This document shows positions 12,256 to 25,700 of a DNA stretch of 64,000 bases, one piece after another. The notes beneath the pieces were generated by a model that did no database searches, was not told the origin of the DNA, and worked only from the letters and a program-made list of their open reading frames with translations. The stretch is taken from the NCBI GenBank assembly GCA_024704765.1, contig JAKMXF010000295.1, positions 434,001 through 498,000 of the forward strand, given 5' to 3'. This DNA comes from Oopsacas minuta (Eukaryota; Animalia; Porifera). The position numbers were made by a program, and so were the translations under genes. The number at the start of each line of letters is the position of its first letter. Within the stretch, counting starts at the first letter, position 1.

Positions 12256-13128
12256 AATTTTGTGTGTTGTAATGATTACATCTAGACTCAGCTAGCCTAG
12301 TTGCTTCGAACAAGGCATCACTCGATGGGGTTAGGGCAAATTTTGAAAATAGAATGATTCCTGCGTTGCTAGGGAAAATATTCCTCAAACATATTCAAGT
12401 AACAACTCAAATGACATGAAATCCTTCGCTAAATACGATTATCTACATAAAACTTTGATTCGATCAAACCTAAGGAGTTATATGCATATTATATCCCCGG
12501 ATTGTGTCCAAAAGAGGCATTTTGAATTGGCCATAAAAGAAACCCTCAATGTTGGCAAGGTGGTATCACTCGGATGCCATCATATGCGACACTAATCACC
12601 ACAACATTTAATGCGGACGTCTTTTTTGGTTTTTCTACAGACAACCAGGCTAATAGGATCAATTTGGTTTTATGCTTTTTACAAATATCAGTCACTTTAT
12701 CAGTGAAGGATTCTCTATGGGCAAGTTTTCTCTATCTTCGCGCATGTGCTTATTTACAGCTTCGATATATTCTGATTATAGCTTTACTCCGTAACCACTG
12801 TTGTATTTTCACTTAGTTCTCTCGAATGCCTGGAGCTTGTGGACAGAAAGAGTAATGCTAGCCTTTGGATAGTTTTCTTCAAAATACTCGTATCAGTCAA
12901 ATATTTACTTTTGCTTAGCATTCTTATTTTTTAGCCTGGCCACTTTTAAGGAACCCCAAGTTGAGACTGGGCAAAAATGTAAGAACTTTTAAGAATTTAT
13001 GGCTCAATTTATTTAAGATGGTTTAATTTATTTTTTTATCTAATCCTATTATTATTTGTGGAGAGCATTTATTCTGTTTTATGGGAATTTTACCACAATA
13101 CTTTCTAGGTTCTCCCTGAATCAATCTG

Positions 13129-13169
13129 ATTTGCATGCTTTATGGCCTCATCAATTCTGGCTATAAATA
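13129..13169 (+). promoter_or_regulatory. Possible promoter: octamer ATTTGCAT (13129-13136) and TATAAATA (13162-13169)
   Basis: Motif matches about 250 nt upstream of the ATG. Motif match only, in AT-rich DNA. Confidence 0.2.
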
Positions 13170-13412
13170 TCTTTCAAACCTTTCTACTGCATATTTCGAA
13201 GCATCTGTCTATATTCAACTTTATCATTAGTTATTATAATATATGTATACTCAATGTCCTAATCTAATTACTTCTAATGTTTCAATATATTTTTTGATTT
13301 CAATTCGCTTTGGGTCTAAGATTGGATTTGTTTTGTTATAACCTTTTTACTCTTAGTTATTCATTTGTTCCGATTTATTAGATCGTTGTTTTCATCCTAT
13401 TTATTTGTTCTA

Positions 13413-13743
13413 ATGGCTACAACAAATGTGAACTATACTCTTCCTAATTCTTCTTCTCCCCTCTCTATCGGGTATTATTCTGATTCTCCTACAGACACTA
13501 ATGGACCAACCAGAAATCTAATTGGGGCATGCACTACAAATTTTTCGATTAAGAAGGAAGAACCTTCACAGCTCTCACACTTTTCCATGCAGTTATCTCA
13601 TTGCAGAAGTCCAGAAGATATTCATTTGGAGCATAAAACTTATGGAATGGGTATCGGTACGCCCCCTGATAGTCCTAAACACAAGCCCACTACTTTACAA
13701 ATCGCAGACTCTCCTGGATTTTCTCCCCCCTCATCAACTATGG
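13413..13743 (+). CDS. NR coding exon 1 (A/B domain, Ser/Pro-rich)
   Basis: ATG at 13413 within ORF 13365-13751. Donor ATG G|gtaagt, phase 1, matches the next exon. An additional upstream exon cannot be excluded (acceptor-like ..tttttactcttag at 13356, frame open from 13320). Confidence 0.8.
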
Positions 13744-16700
13744 GTAAGTAATGGGAATCTACACTATTAAAATGCTAATATTCCATATTTACAAGGCATT
13801 AGTCAAGCGTGTTAACAAGATCGATCCCGATCCCGATCTTAGCTGAAATTATGATCGACGATCCCGATCAAGGTCGTTATATCAAAAACGATTGCGATCC
13901 TGATCTCGATCATTTTTCCGATCGTTTGTGTAATATTCAAGACATATATTTTTGATAGTTGCATCATTTCTTATGCCAAAAGGAACATAGGTAGAGAATC
14001 AACGCATTCTACGAACGAATATTACTGATTGTTGAACACAAATTTGAAACAATTACCTAAGTATACAAACGCTAATGATAGTAGCATTCAAAGTATACAT
14101 AAATGATCGAAAACTTTTGTGCAAAAATGGATCGCGATTTTTCATCCGATCCTTAATAAAACAATGATCGCCGATCGTCGCCAGATTGTCAAAAGGTATC
14201 GCGATCGTGATCGAGTAACCAATTATCGTATGATCCTAATGCCCTTTATATATATATGTTCGTATTGCCAGAATAGATTAAAGAAACTAGGAGACCCGGA
14301 GGGCTGATTTTTGGCATATGTTATTTGGCTCCGCTCGGGTAAGTTTGAGTCTTGGACGAAATTCACACATGGATTTTATGACGTAATTGTCACCCTTTTG
14401 GGATTTCGATAATCACATTATTAGCCACTGCTCCACTACTATAGATGATAGAAGTGTAATTTGAATCCTAGGCAGTGATTTATCCAGGACTTTCTGGGTA
14501 TGCGCTTTTTCTTACATCTACTCTCCTGGGATGGCACATTTTTGGAAGGTAACATATTGCTCCTGTGTATATTTGTGTCCCACAGCCGGCACTTTATTTC
14601 CTTCATGGTTGCTGACCTGACACTTTTAGGTGCCCGCCAAACACCAGATAAACCCCTAATTACAGGTACACGTAATATGCCTAATGCCCTGACGTCATCA
14701 GTTTGACCAAGCGCTAACTCATAATTACTACGTCATCATGACTACAAAAAATCAAAATTTTGAATTTCTTACCACTGAGCCACAAATTACCGAGATCACT
14801 AACCAAAAGCGATCTTTTAGCTTCGCTGTCACTGCAAAAGGCCATAACATGTAATTTAGATGAGCCATGTGTATTATAATGTTAAGACTTTTCGCTGTTA
14901 TGTTTATTCGAGGCACATAGTGCCGAGTACCTACCAAATACACTAAGAAATTTTTGGTAATGGATGACCTGAAATCAAGAGGTCCCGCTTCAGTCAGAAT
15001 TGGGAATAATGTTTTGTACTTGATAAATTTTATTAATAAATCATTTTATTCAACTATACATGCCAGTTGAGTCCGCTATCTCGAAACTTAAAGTCAAAAT
15101 TCTATTTTCGGAACAAAGGAATAGAGATAGGGCATAATAATTTCAACGAACCTCGTTAGAGATAAGGAGCATTCAAAACACTTTCATTAGGAGAAACATG
15201 AACTCATTCTGACAATGAATTTAAATTTCTTCTTTAATCAGTTATATGGGGCAAGTTGCATTTGTCAGAATAATTGAAGTTGGCATTTGTCAGAATTGTC
15301 ACGTTTCAGAGATTAGACTTTTCTTTGTGCCACTTTGAAGTTTGAAATATATGATGATAAATTGTATAATAGAGGTTTTTAATTTCAGCATAATGAATGA
15401 ATATAATTTCGAATGGATGAATATCAATTAGTAAATATTTCCATTCTCGCATCAATATTGCCACAACTTTTAGGGCAATTTTGTCCTAGGTTCACAATCC
15501 CCTCGCTGCAATCCCCCCAATTATAGCATGTCTACAGGGGATGAATACTCATGTATTACTTCTTTGAGAAAGGCATACTACGCAAATATGTTCTGTGTTG
15601 ATGTTTTGATCATCATCTTCATCTTCACCTTCAGAAAATTCTGATTCACTTGATGGAGGGATAGTTTTGACGTTCGCAACAGTGTGACTCATCGATTGAA
15701 GAAACTCCCATGGGTTTATTTGTCCATCACTAAGTTTTGGTTAGAAAACAATCCTTTTTCTTCATTCTTGATATCGTTTTTACATCTCTGCCTGCTAATT
15801 TCTTTCCTTGATACAGGCGACGAATGTCATTACCAGTGTCCTGAATTATCTCTTTGAGCTTTGTTATGGAAGTCCATATTCAAGGATGGTTGCATCTGAT
15901 CCCAGTCTCTAATTAGGAGTGATAACTCTCTGCCCCGTTGTTCGTAGAGATAATAATATCATGTATGGAGAGTTCTTCAGGAGATATTTGATGTGCCAAC
16001 ACTTCTTGAAATATTTCATAAGTTTTTCTATTCTCGGCCCGTCTTCAGTTGGTACTGCAGGAATTTCGATCAAAGTAAATCTAGTGGCGATTAGAGCAGC
16101 AGGCAAAAAATGAATAGCTATTAGTCGTCGTATAAACTTGGCGATATGTGCCTTGTTTTTAAAACTCTGACTCAGTCCCAATTTCTGAGTTTTCGCCAAA
16201 TTCTTTGCATGTAGTGGAACCAGCACCCATATACTTTCATTTGAGGATAAAATTCTCTACAAGCGTTCCGAGCAACAGGTTCCCAATCAGACATGGATGC
16301 AATTTGTTGAAATTGAGGCACATATAACACTAGATCTTTCAAAATAGCCGAGTATAGTTCTTGACTCCTACACGTAAGTAGACAGTGGATTGCAGGCATC
16401 GTATGTCTACCAACAGCGACAAATATTGTCCATAGTTGATAAAACTGGATGTTCTCTTCCTTATTGAGTAATGTGATCATTTCATCTGAATAGAAAATTA
16501 CGGCTGTTAGAATTCCCTGTGATACCGAAAATTTCTACTAATCTTTAAAAGTGGAAGTCGCTAACATTTCTCAGAACTCTGCAGCAGCAGAAGGGATTTT
16601 GCGTTGAAGTGTCCTTCTCGCGGGATACATTACTGACTCGCATTCGACAAATGAGATATCAGCTGCATGTAGATTCTTTCTGGTTGCATCATTGAATACT

Positions 16701-19700
16701 TCCCTAAGATTCGTTTGTGAATGTTTAGCGAGAGTTTTGCAAGTTGTCTTTAGCTGGTAAACTTCAGCATTATAATCATCAACACTATGATTATGGGAAT
16801 TCATCAGAGTGACTAAATTTCTCGAACGATTTAGTTTACTAGTTCCCTTACAGCCACCCCTGAATAAAGTGCATTTAAGATAGATACAATCTTTGGTAAT
16901 CTTTGAATGAACATAGTTGTATCCATTTGGAGTAGTAGCAAATTAACCTAGTGAACGTTTATATTCTTGTATTGTGAATTCCATTTTCGATTATACCTCG
17001 GGTAATTCGAATTAGGATTTATACTAGTCAATCTCATTGTCAAGTAGTGTTGCAGGTACACAGTAGTGTAACCTTATCCTTTCCAATAAATTATTGACAC
17101 CCACATAGATAACAAATTGATTATTATACAACATGTTGGCTTATCGAGGTGAAGAATAACTAACAAATATTAAAAGTGGCCGAAATATGAATTCTTACAA
17201 AATCCTAATTGGATACCATTTCAAAAGTCCATTCTGACAAATACCATGTCTGCAAAAGTCCATTCTGACCACTATCAACCTTCAATTATTCTGACAAATT
17301 AAAACTTCAAAATTCTGACAAATGTATGCAGCCCGTTATATGATTTCTTGTTAATTTACATATCAAATTCTGTTCACCCTAACCACACTCATATACCTTG
17401 TATCGAGAGCGGACGAAATTTACATGAACTGTACAATGAGCGCCAGAATAAGTAATTAGCTTATTATACTTATTCCTGCGCTTCGCTTCCTAGGTCCCAG
17501 CGTGAAAGCTGCCGTATACTTAGTCTTCGGAATTATCTTAAGGATACATTAAAGTAATTATTTAGTCCTTTTGGTCTCTACTCGAGGGTATATGCTTACC
17601 TCAACTTTAAAATAAATGAACTTTTAAGTGTATATAATCCATGGTCCATCCGAATTGCAATTACTGACATTCTTTGCTGCACTGGAGCTACTACTACTAC
17701 TTAGCTTTTAGTTATCAATCTCGTCAGTTTGTGCTCAATATTAAGAAATTCTGAACATTTTCTACTTTCATGATCACATAGGAATTCTATTAAAAAGTTG
17801 CATGGGGCGCCTGCATTTGTCAGAATTTAGAGGTTGTCATTTGTCAAAATGGTATTTATCGAGTTGTGAATTTGTCAGGATAGTTTTTATCGAATTTTGA
17901 CTTTGGCAAAATGGTTTTTATCGAGATTATTATGCTCAGATTTGGGGAATGAGTTTTTGCATCTAGTTTCGGCACTATTAGTTGTTTATTGTTTGGACAA
18001 GATTGTTTTTCTATTAAACAAAGAAAAACTAATAGAACCGAGTAAAAATTCGAAAGAATCACTGATCCAAATTACTCCACAGATGTGAACACCCAGACAC
18101 AATTTCAGTGAGTTCCAACAACATTAAAGACAGTTGAAAACCCTGTCTTCTTCTCTCCTTCATGTAAAACATCATATCTCACACTTCAGACCATGCTATA
18201 ACGAATAGAAGAAAAAAATTCGATCACCATTTAGTTTGTATTCAAATCCCAGCAGTCAACTACTCATATAACCAAATTGATATCTAATCCAAGAAATATC
18301 CCATCATGATCCCGTTTTAGCTTTAAATCAAAATGCAAAATTGATTCTCTCTAATCAGAGCACAATGAAAACCATTCTGACAAAGTCACAACTTGATAAA
18401 AACCATTCTGACAAAGTCAAAACTCCATAAATACCATTCTTACTAAGTCAGAACTCGATAGAAACTAACCTGACAAAGTCAGAACTAGATAAAAACCTTT
18501 CTGATAAAGTCAGAACTAGATAAAAACCTTTCTGATAAAGTCAGAACTCGAAATTCTGATAAATGACAACTTCATAACTCTGACTAATGCAGCGTCCCCA
18601 TTTGCAATCGTCAAATTCACAACCTCAGCCGCCCTATTCTCTAAGTTCGATTTTAACTTCTTAGTGAATATGGCCGCAGGAGCAATTGAAGGGCATCTGT
18701 GATTGAATTTTCGAAATTCAATCATGTTTATTGGTTTAGCCGTGGCTAATATTGGGAATTCTCGAAATACAAAAGGTGACTATTCGATAATAATGACGAA
18801 AATATTATCGAATGGTCACCTTTGTATTTCGAGAATTCCTAATATTAGCCACGGCTAAGCCAATAAACATGATTGATTTTCGTCATAGTTATGAATTTTG
18901 TAAAACAGCCAGGAAATATGTGATTTATAACGTCAAAAAAGTGCTAAAATCTCGTTCTTGGAGCGGGAATTGGTTAAAAGGATGTGGTAAAAGATTAGTT
19001 TATATATTATGTATGAATACAACCTTATAACAAAATTTCTACATTTTGTACCTGTGAAGGTAATAGTTATTTGTTTACAGTACTTTCTATTTGGAGGATA
19101 ATGTTAACAAAATTACTGAGGAATCATTAAGATGATGTTATTTCGATCCAGAAATAGATTATAGGTACAAACATTGAGTAATGTTAAGTATCAGTAACAC
19201 ATTTATTCGTAGGATAAATGCACCATTTTTGATAAAATCGAAACAAATAGACTTCCTTTTGTGAATACATTAATGAACTTTTCATCCCTAGTCCAAAGAA
19301 TTATTGAATGCTATGGATATATATGTTCATAGAATTCTAAACAAAAGCAACTACAATGCAACTTTTTCAGGAAGAGGGAGTGGTTAGACAACTGGCAAAT
19401 GTATATCAGGAATCGTACATCTTGGACGAATGAATGTATATAAGCAATAATTTGACAAAATGTAATTTTGTCAAATTATTGGGTACATGTTAACAAAAAT
19501 TTTCATTTATGGATTGATTGCATGTATTTCTACAAGTGAGGAATGCATTCATTCGGCCGATATTGCACTAGTTCTTGAATACATTTTCCAGCATAATAAT
19601 CCCTTGCTCATAACCAATCCCTGGTCCTGAAATATTGTCAGTATAATTGCCTTAGTGTATCAGAATGCTATTAATGTATATATTTCAAATTGTTGGAAAT

Positions 19701-22700
19701 TGAACACTTAGCCCGAATTTAACATTAAAATGCTGATCTGAACTCATTGAGGAAGTTCTGGGTCAGGGGCCAACCAAACGGTAAGAATTGCAATATATGA
19801 AATTAAAAATACAACACCTGGACCAGATCCATAAAGCTTAACAATGATTTTTCAATCTTTGTCTACACTAGATCAATTTCCAAAGTTAAAACGAGAGTAC
19901 ACGGATGTGCGTACATGCATCCACCAAGAGCCTTGGGTATAACCCATGAGTTTAATGAATATTTTAGAAACAAGGGGGAATTTTTGAAAATATTCAATTC
20001 CAGAGTGAAATTCCACTCTAGTCGCCTAAATGTGGCAAATGTCCTGACATTATGATTTGGGTTAAATGCTAACTCATTATGTGATTATTACGTCGTCACT
20101 GTATACAACAATTCCAAATCCCCGAAATTCGATAGTTTGAGAATTTCTTAATACTCGAGGCACTAAGTGTCCAGGTCACTAATCAAAAGCCACTTAGCAG
20201 TTCCAGTATTACCGCAGAGGGCCATTAAATGGAAATTTGATGGACCATGGATAATACAAAGTTAAAATTTCGGCTATTTCATAAACTAGATGACTAAGTG
20301 CCAAGTATATTCCGTCGCGTAGCCACCAATAGTACTAAGGAAATTTGCTGTAAAATACTTAAACCAACCTTAGGCACTAAGCTGTCGCATAACGGCCTAG
20401 CGTGCGAAGCGCGCTAGTACATATTACAACTATTGAGAGTTCACTACGCGAAACGGAACAAAGTTTCAGAGCATCAATTATCTTGCGGACGGCAAGAGTA
20501 CGTCTTTGGAATTGTCATCAAGTTAATTTTGTAGTTAGAAACTAGTATGATTAATTCTTTGCCAGATCATTTTAAGCGTAGAAGAGGGGCTGCAGTTTAT
20601 ATCAATATTCACTTGGACTATTCAAGACAATCAGAATTATTGTTAATAGAAATGAAACTAAATTATGTAACTTTTGTATCGATATTTGCTACAAGACAAC
20701 AATCTCAACACTGACTGGATGTCCAGCCTCGAAACCAATCTCAGCCTTAATTATTATGGCGACTTCAATATGAACCTCCTTGCCGACAATCCCCTCTCTT
20801 GAGCTTGGCTTGATTTACTTAACCTTCATAGGCTCACCCAAATACTCACTGAGCCTACAATGGTAACCACCAACTCTAAAACCCTTACTGGCCAAGTGTT
20901 TGTATCCAAAATTGACAATGTATTTTATTGTGGAAATAGTGACCACTTTCCCACCATCTTACCATACAAAAGAATCTCCTCCAACACCACCCCATTATAT
21001 TTCATATAGATCGTTTAAGTGTTTCAATGAAACTTCCTTCCTAGCCCATCTTGAAAACAACCCTTGGTCAATATTAGTTCTCATGATATTCTCGATGATT
21101 TAGTGGAAAACTTGTTAATGCCTATTTCATTTAGTTCTAGACCTTCATTTACACTTTAAAACACAAAGAGTAAACATCCTACGTAATCTGAGTGAATGGA
21201 TAGACATTCTAAGCTCTATGCATACTCGAGATACTTTTTAGCGGTTAAGAGACTTCACTAACTGGAAAATTTGGAAGCATAGAATGACTACACTGATACA
21301 GAACTGCAAATGGGTCATGACCTATCAAAATTTTATTTATATACAATGAGGCTTAAAAGAGTTATTTATCAATTAGAAAACCTTCTAAATAGAGTTAATA
21401 GAGGTGGTCATTATACTAAATGTTTGGAATACTACAAGTAAGAGTTTTAATCTCCTTGATTTGTGGAAGCAGAATTCACTTAGGTTTCCATTATTATCAA
21501 TAATTGCCATGAGACTATTGGTAATTCAGGCATCCTCATCCGAAAGCGAGGGACAATTTAGTGCCTTTAATGCTCGGCATACCGTAACATCTCAACGGAA
21601 TGTAATGTTGCCAGAAACCATCGAAGCTGTCTCTGTTGTGTTGGAAGGATATAAAAACAACTTAATTTAATTATTGTGTTAGACTAAATACTTACATTAT
21701 ACTTGTTCCTAATAATGAAATACATAATGGGTCAGAATGGGTCAGAAAATAATAAATGGGTCATGACCCATGGGTCATGGGTCACTTCATGTGACCCATT
21801 TGCAGCTCTGCACTGATATAATAAGACCAGAAGTCCTACTACACAACCATCCTAAACAAAAATACAAATAATCCGCAGAACTAGAAACCCTCCGACCCCC
21901 ATCTTCTCTAGTCAATTGGTAAAGGCTATTAACCTGAGCTCAATACTGGAATCTTTCCCACTATCTACAAGGCGACCCACACTTAATACTAACTATCTTC
22001 CTATTTCTATAATTTCTAAGATTATTGGACAGCATGTTTCCGAGTCCCTTCCAATTATGTCTCAATCAACATTATTTTACATGTCCACCAATCAGGCTTT
22101 CGACCATGGTTATGAAACCTCTCTCCAGAAAATCACACAAAACTGGTATACCTGTCTTAATATCAACCTTGCTATTGCTGCCCGTTTTTAGACTTTAGTA
22201 TGGCATTTAATAGTGTCAAACATATCACCTTGCTGAAGAAGCTTAGAATGTAGAATCTTAGACAAGACGCTATAGACTGCTTCGCTAGCTTTCTTATCGC
22301 CCGAAGATGTGAGTTTCAGTCAGCATTCATCCAAGTCAAGCGGTCCTTGCCGGTGTTCACTGAGACAGTAAACTAGGCCTATTTCTTACCCTACTATACT
22401 TAAACGAGGTCTTTAACACTCCTATCTCCTATACAATTAACCTTTACTCTGCGACAGTACTACAGTGTAGCTCTAATGTTCTAATACAAAATCACAATTA
22501 ATATACAGCCTTTATCAGGCAGTATTCTCAATGGTTTGCTCTTCCATGACATACCTTATAGGCTTCCTAACGAATATTATTTCAATTTAGTGTATACTAT
22601 TTCGAAAAAAAATTGTGATCCATACTCTGTAACGACCCAGCTCTCAAGAAAATGGTGCGAGAACGGTTTCGGCGGAACCCACACCGTTCGATGAGGAACT

Positions 22701-25700
22701 TTGCCTTGGGAGCTCAATATATCTCGCCGAGCAATGCAAAAGGTTGTCCAAAGAGACTAGGAATGCGCTCTTTTAAACGCAAAAAAGTACAATTCCTATC
22801 TGGGTCGGTGAAAGAAAAGAGAGTGTCCCTGAGCAAGAGCCTCCTTGCTCTACACGCTATTGAGGTTCTCGAAAATATCCATTTCTCAGATGAGAAAAAT
22901 TTCACCACAGAAGAGGCTACAAATAGCCAAAACGACAGAGTCATCTCGACCTCAGTTTCAGCGATCCCTGATAAGTTCAGATATATGTCGGATGAAAAGA
23001 CCGCTGTCGGTGATGATTTGGGCTGGGTCTCTGCTGTTGGCCGGACACCACTGATTTTAATCCTCCCAGGATTGAAATTCAATGCCAAAACATACCAAGA
23101 GCTTGTATTAGAGCCTGTGGTAAAAGGTCTGAGCCAGATCATGTTTTCTGGACAGCCATTTGTCTTCCAACAAGATGGTGCTCCCGACCATACGACCAAT
23201 ACGACCCAAGATTGGATGAAGCACAATACTCCCAATTTTATTCACAAAGATGTATGGCCACCATACAGTCCCGATTTAAATCCTATGGACTATTCTGTAT
23301 GGTCGATTTTGGAAAACAAGGCTTGTTCTGTGTCACACAACACAGTTAGCTCTCTAAAGATTTCCTTGTGTCGAGAATGGGACGAGATACCCCCAAGAAA
23401 CTCTGCGTGCCGCAGTAGAAGGATCCCCTAACAGACTCAGGACTGTCATTTCCTAAAAGGGTGGTTATATTGAATAAATGACTAGACAATCTCTTCCTAA
23501 TAGTTTGTATTAATTATATATAGAAGATCAATGATGTAGGTCATGCAAAACAGTATATACAAATGGTTTGTATCAGAACTTGGAGCCACCCTATGTATAT
23601 TCTTCTTGACAATCTGTGAAATAAATAAGTTACGTATTAATCGAATATGGCCGAAAAAGTATGATTTTATAATGGAAATTGCTTCCCAAATGAAAATACC
23701 AAAGTAACTCCTACTTATTCAAGAAATGATTGTTGGATAAAAGAAAATATAGTATGCGCCTCAAATCCCTATACAGGCTCAAAGATATCCTCCTAATCTT
23801 TTCCCATCTTACTTACTTTAACTACTTAATATCACCTCAATTTGACTACTGTTCAGCATTTATGGACTGGAGCAGCTCCGAGTGAAATCACTCTTAGTTT
23901 ACCAGTCAATTAATAAACTATTACAAAATTATTTGCTAAATATGTTTACGTCAAGATGTTCTTCGTACCACAAGATCTTCTGATACTACTAACCTAATTG
24001 TACCATTTTCTAAATATATCTATTCAAAAGCTCCTTTGCATACTCAAGGGCAATCCTTTTTAACCAATTAAGAACAATTAAAACACTATAATACTGTGTT
24101 TCTCAGGGAATGCTGAAAATTCCCAACACTAGTGTTGTCAAATTTCCAACACTGTTTGTCATATTGTTACGCGTTCAAGTACCCAAGTACTTAGTTAAAT
24201 TGAATTTAGAGCAAAGAAAATACGAAATTCCCCTGACTTCTTTAATTTAACTTCGCTAATTAGTCTTACGAGGAGCGCTGCGGAAATGAGCGCGATAGAC
24301 CCGAAGCGCTGTCCCAAGTCTTGAAGACTATTGAAGACTTAATTTATACAGTTTGTAATTTGCAAACACGCTACATATTTGACTCTATGTTTTATAATTT
24401 GCTTACACTTGAGTAAGCAAATTAGCAATAATAGAGTTTCTATTGTGGTAATTTTACAACACCTGTTGGTAATTTTGTCATACTCTTTAGTAATATACAG
24501 GCGTCTCGTTTCTCAACCTTTTCGAACTCAGGTACACTAAATTCTACAATATTTTCAAGTCATACTTGTCAAGCGTCGACAATACTTATGTATACCCGGG
24601 TTGCACAGTGTGGAACTATGCGGTAATAAGTGAAAATTTGACTTCGCTATATACCAAAATTATTGTGTGTATTCGATTTTACACTATTTCAAACCTAGAA
24701 ATATCCTATTATTAGTTACGTAATGAACTTATAATATGTCTAACCAAAGTCTTAAACTTAGGCTAATATTTTAAATTTCAAAACCTGAAAACAACAATTA
24801 TTTATTCTTCAATTACCCCTGCGATACTTCAGTATTTCAGGATTTTAGTAATTCTATGGCATTTATAAGTATTCGTATGCATTATGTTATTAAATTTTAA
24901 CTCGTTTGCAAAACACACGAAATTTCAGCTCCTTGACCTACTTTTTGAAAAATCTGGTGCCATTTTTGAAATCTACTGTGTCGATTTACTATATATGACA
25001 ACATTTTAACATATATCTTCAGTGTAGGTACTATTACCTCATAATCGCCATTTTGCACACTGTGGGTTGACATAGGTTACTAGAAATATAACATGTATAT
25101 GAAAATATATATGTAAAGGATTATTAATTTTGAATTTAGCATTTTCAAGTCCGGGGGGCAGAATATAAGCACTTGAAGCATATTCAATATATTTGTTATA
25201 TGTCAGTGTAATTTTGGTGGTACACCTAACAGCGTTCTTTGGCACACAATTGTGCCATGGCACGCCGTTCGGTTTAGAACCACTGCTCTTATAGTGTAAA
25301 TTCATTCAAAAGAATATACTTCTGTGGTTTTTAGTAATCTTTGTCATCCCTTATTGACAAATCTATACCAATTCTAATTCACAGCTAAAATCACTGCTAT
25401 TCTTATTTATGTAGATTTTCTTGAACCCATATTGTAAATTGTATCTATTTTCACTTTTCTTGACTGTTTAATTTAGTAGAGGCCCCTATAAAATGTATGT
25501 CACTCTGTGAACAGGCATCTTCATAAATACAATTTGTCTATCTATCTATTGGGAGTATATTGACACAAGTGGCCTACCCTATCATTAAATACTCTCATGC
25601 AATGGTCCTGATTGAAGGATTTGAACCAGGGACGTGTTTAGTACATTTTTATATGGTATCCCCAAGAATATTACGAAGCCATTGTGTCATGTGTGGAGTT

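Noticed and set aside
13365-13412. TTG-initiated N-terminal extension from the ORF track
   Set aside because: A non-ATG start in T-rich UTR/acceptor-like sequence. ATG 13413 is the parsimonious start.
18370-18560. Regular ~31-bp repeats resembling a CRISPR array
   Set aside because: The units are head-to-tail with no unique spacers, lie inside a MULE MITE TIR, and there are no cas genes. The context is eukaryotic.
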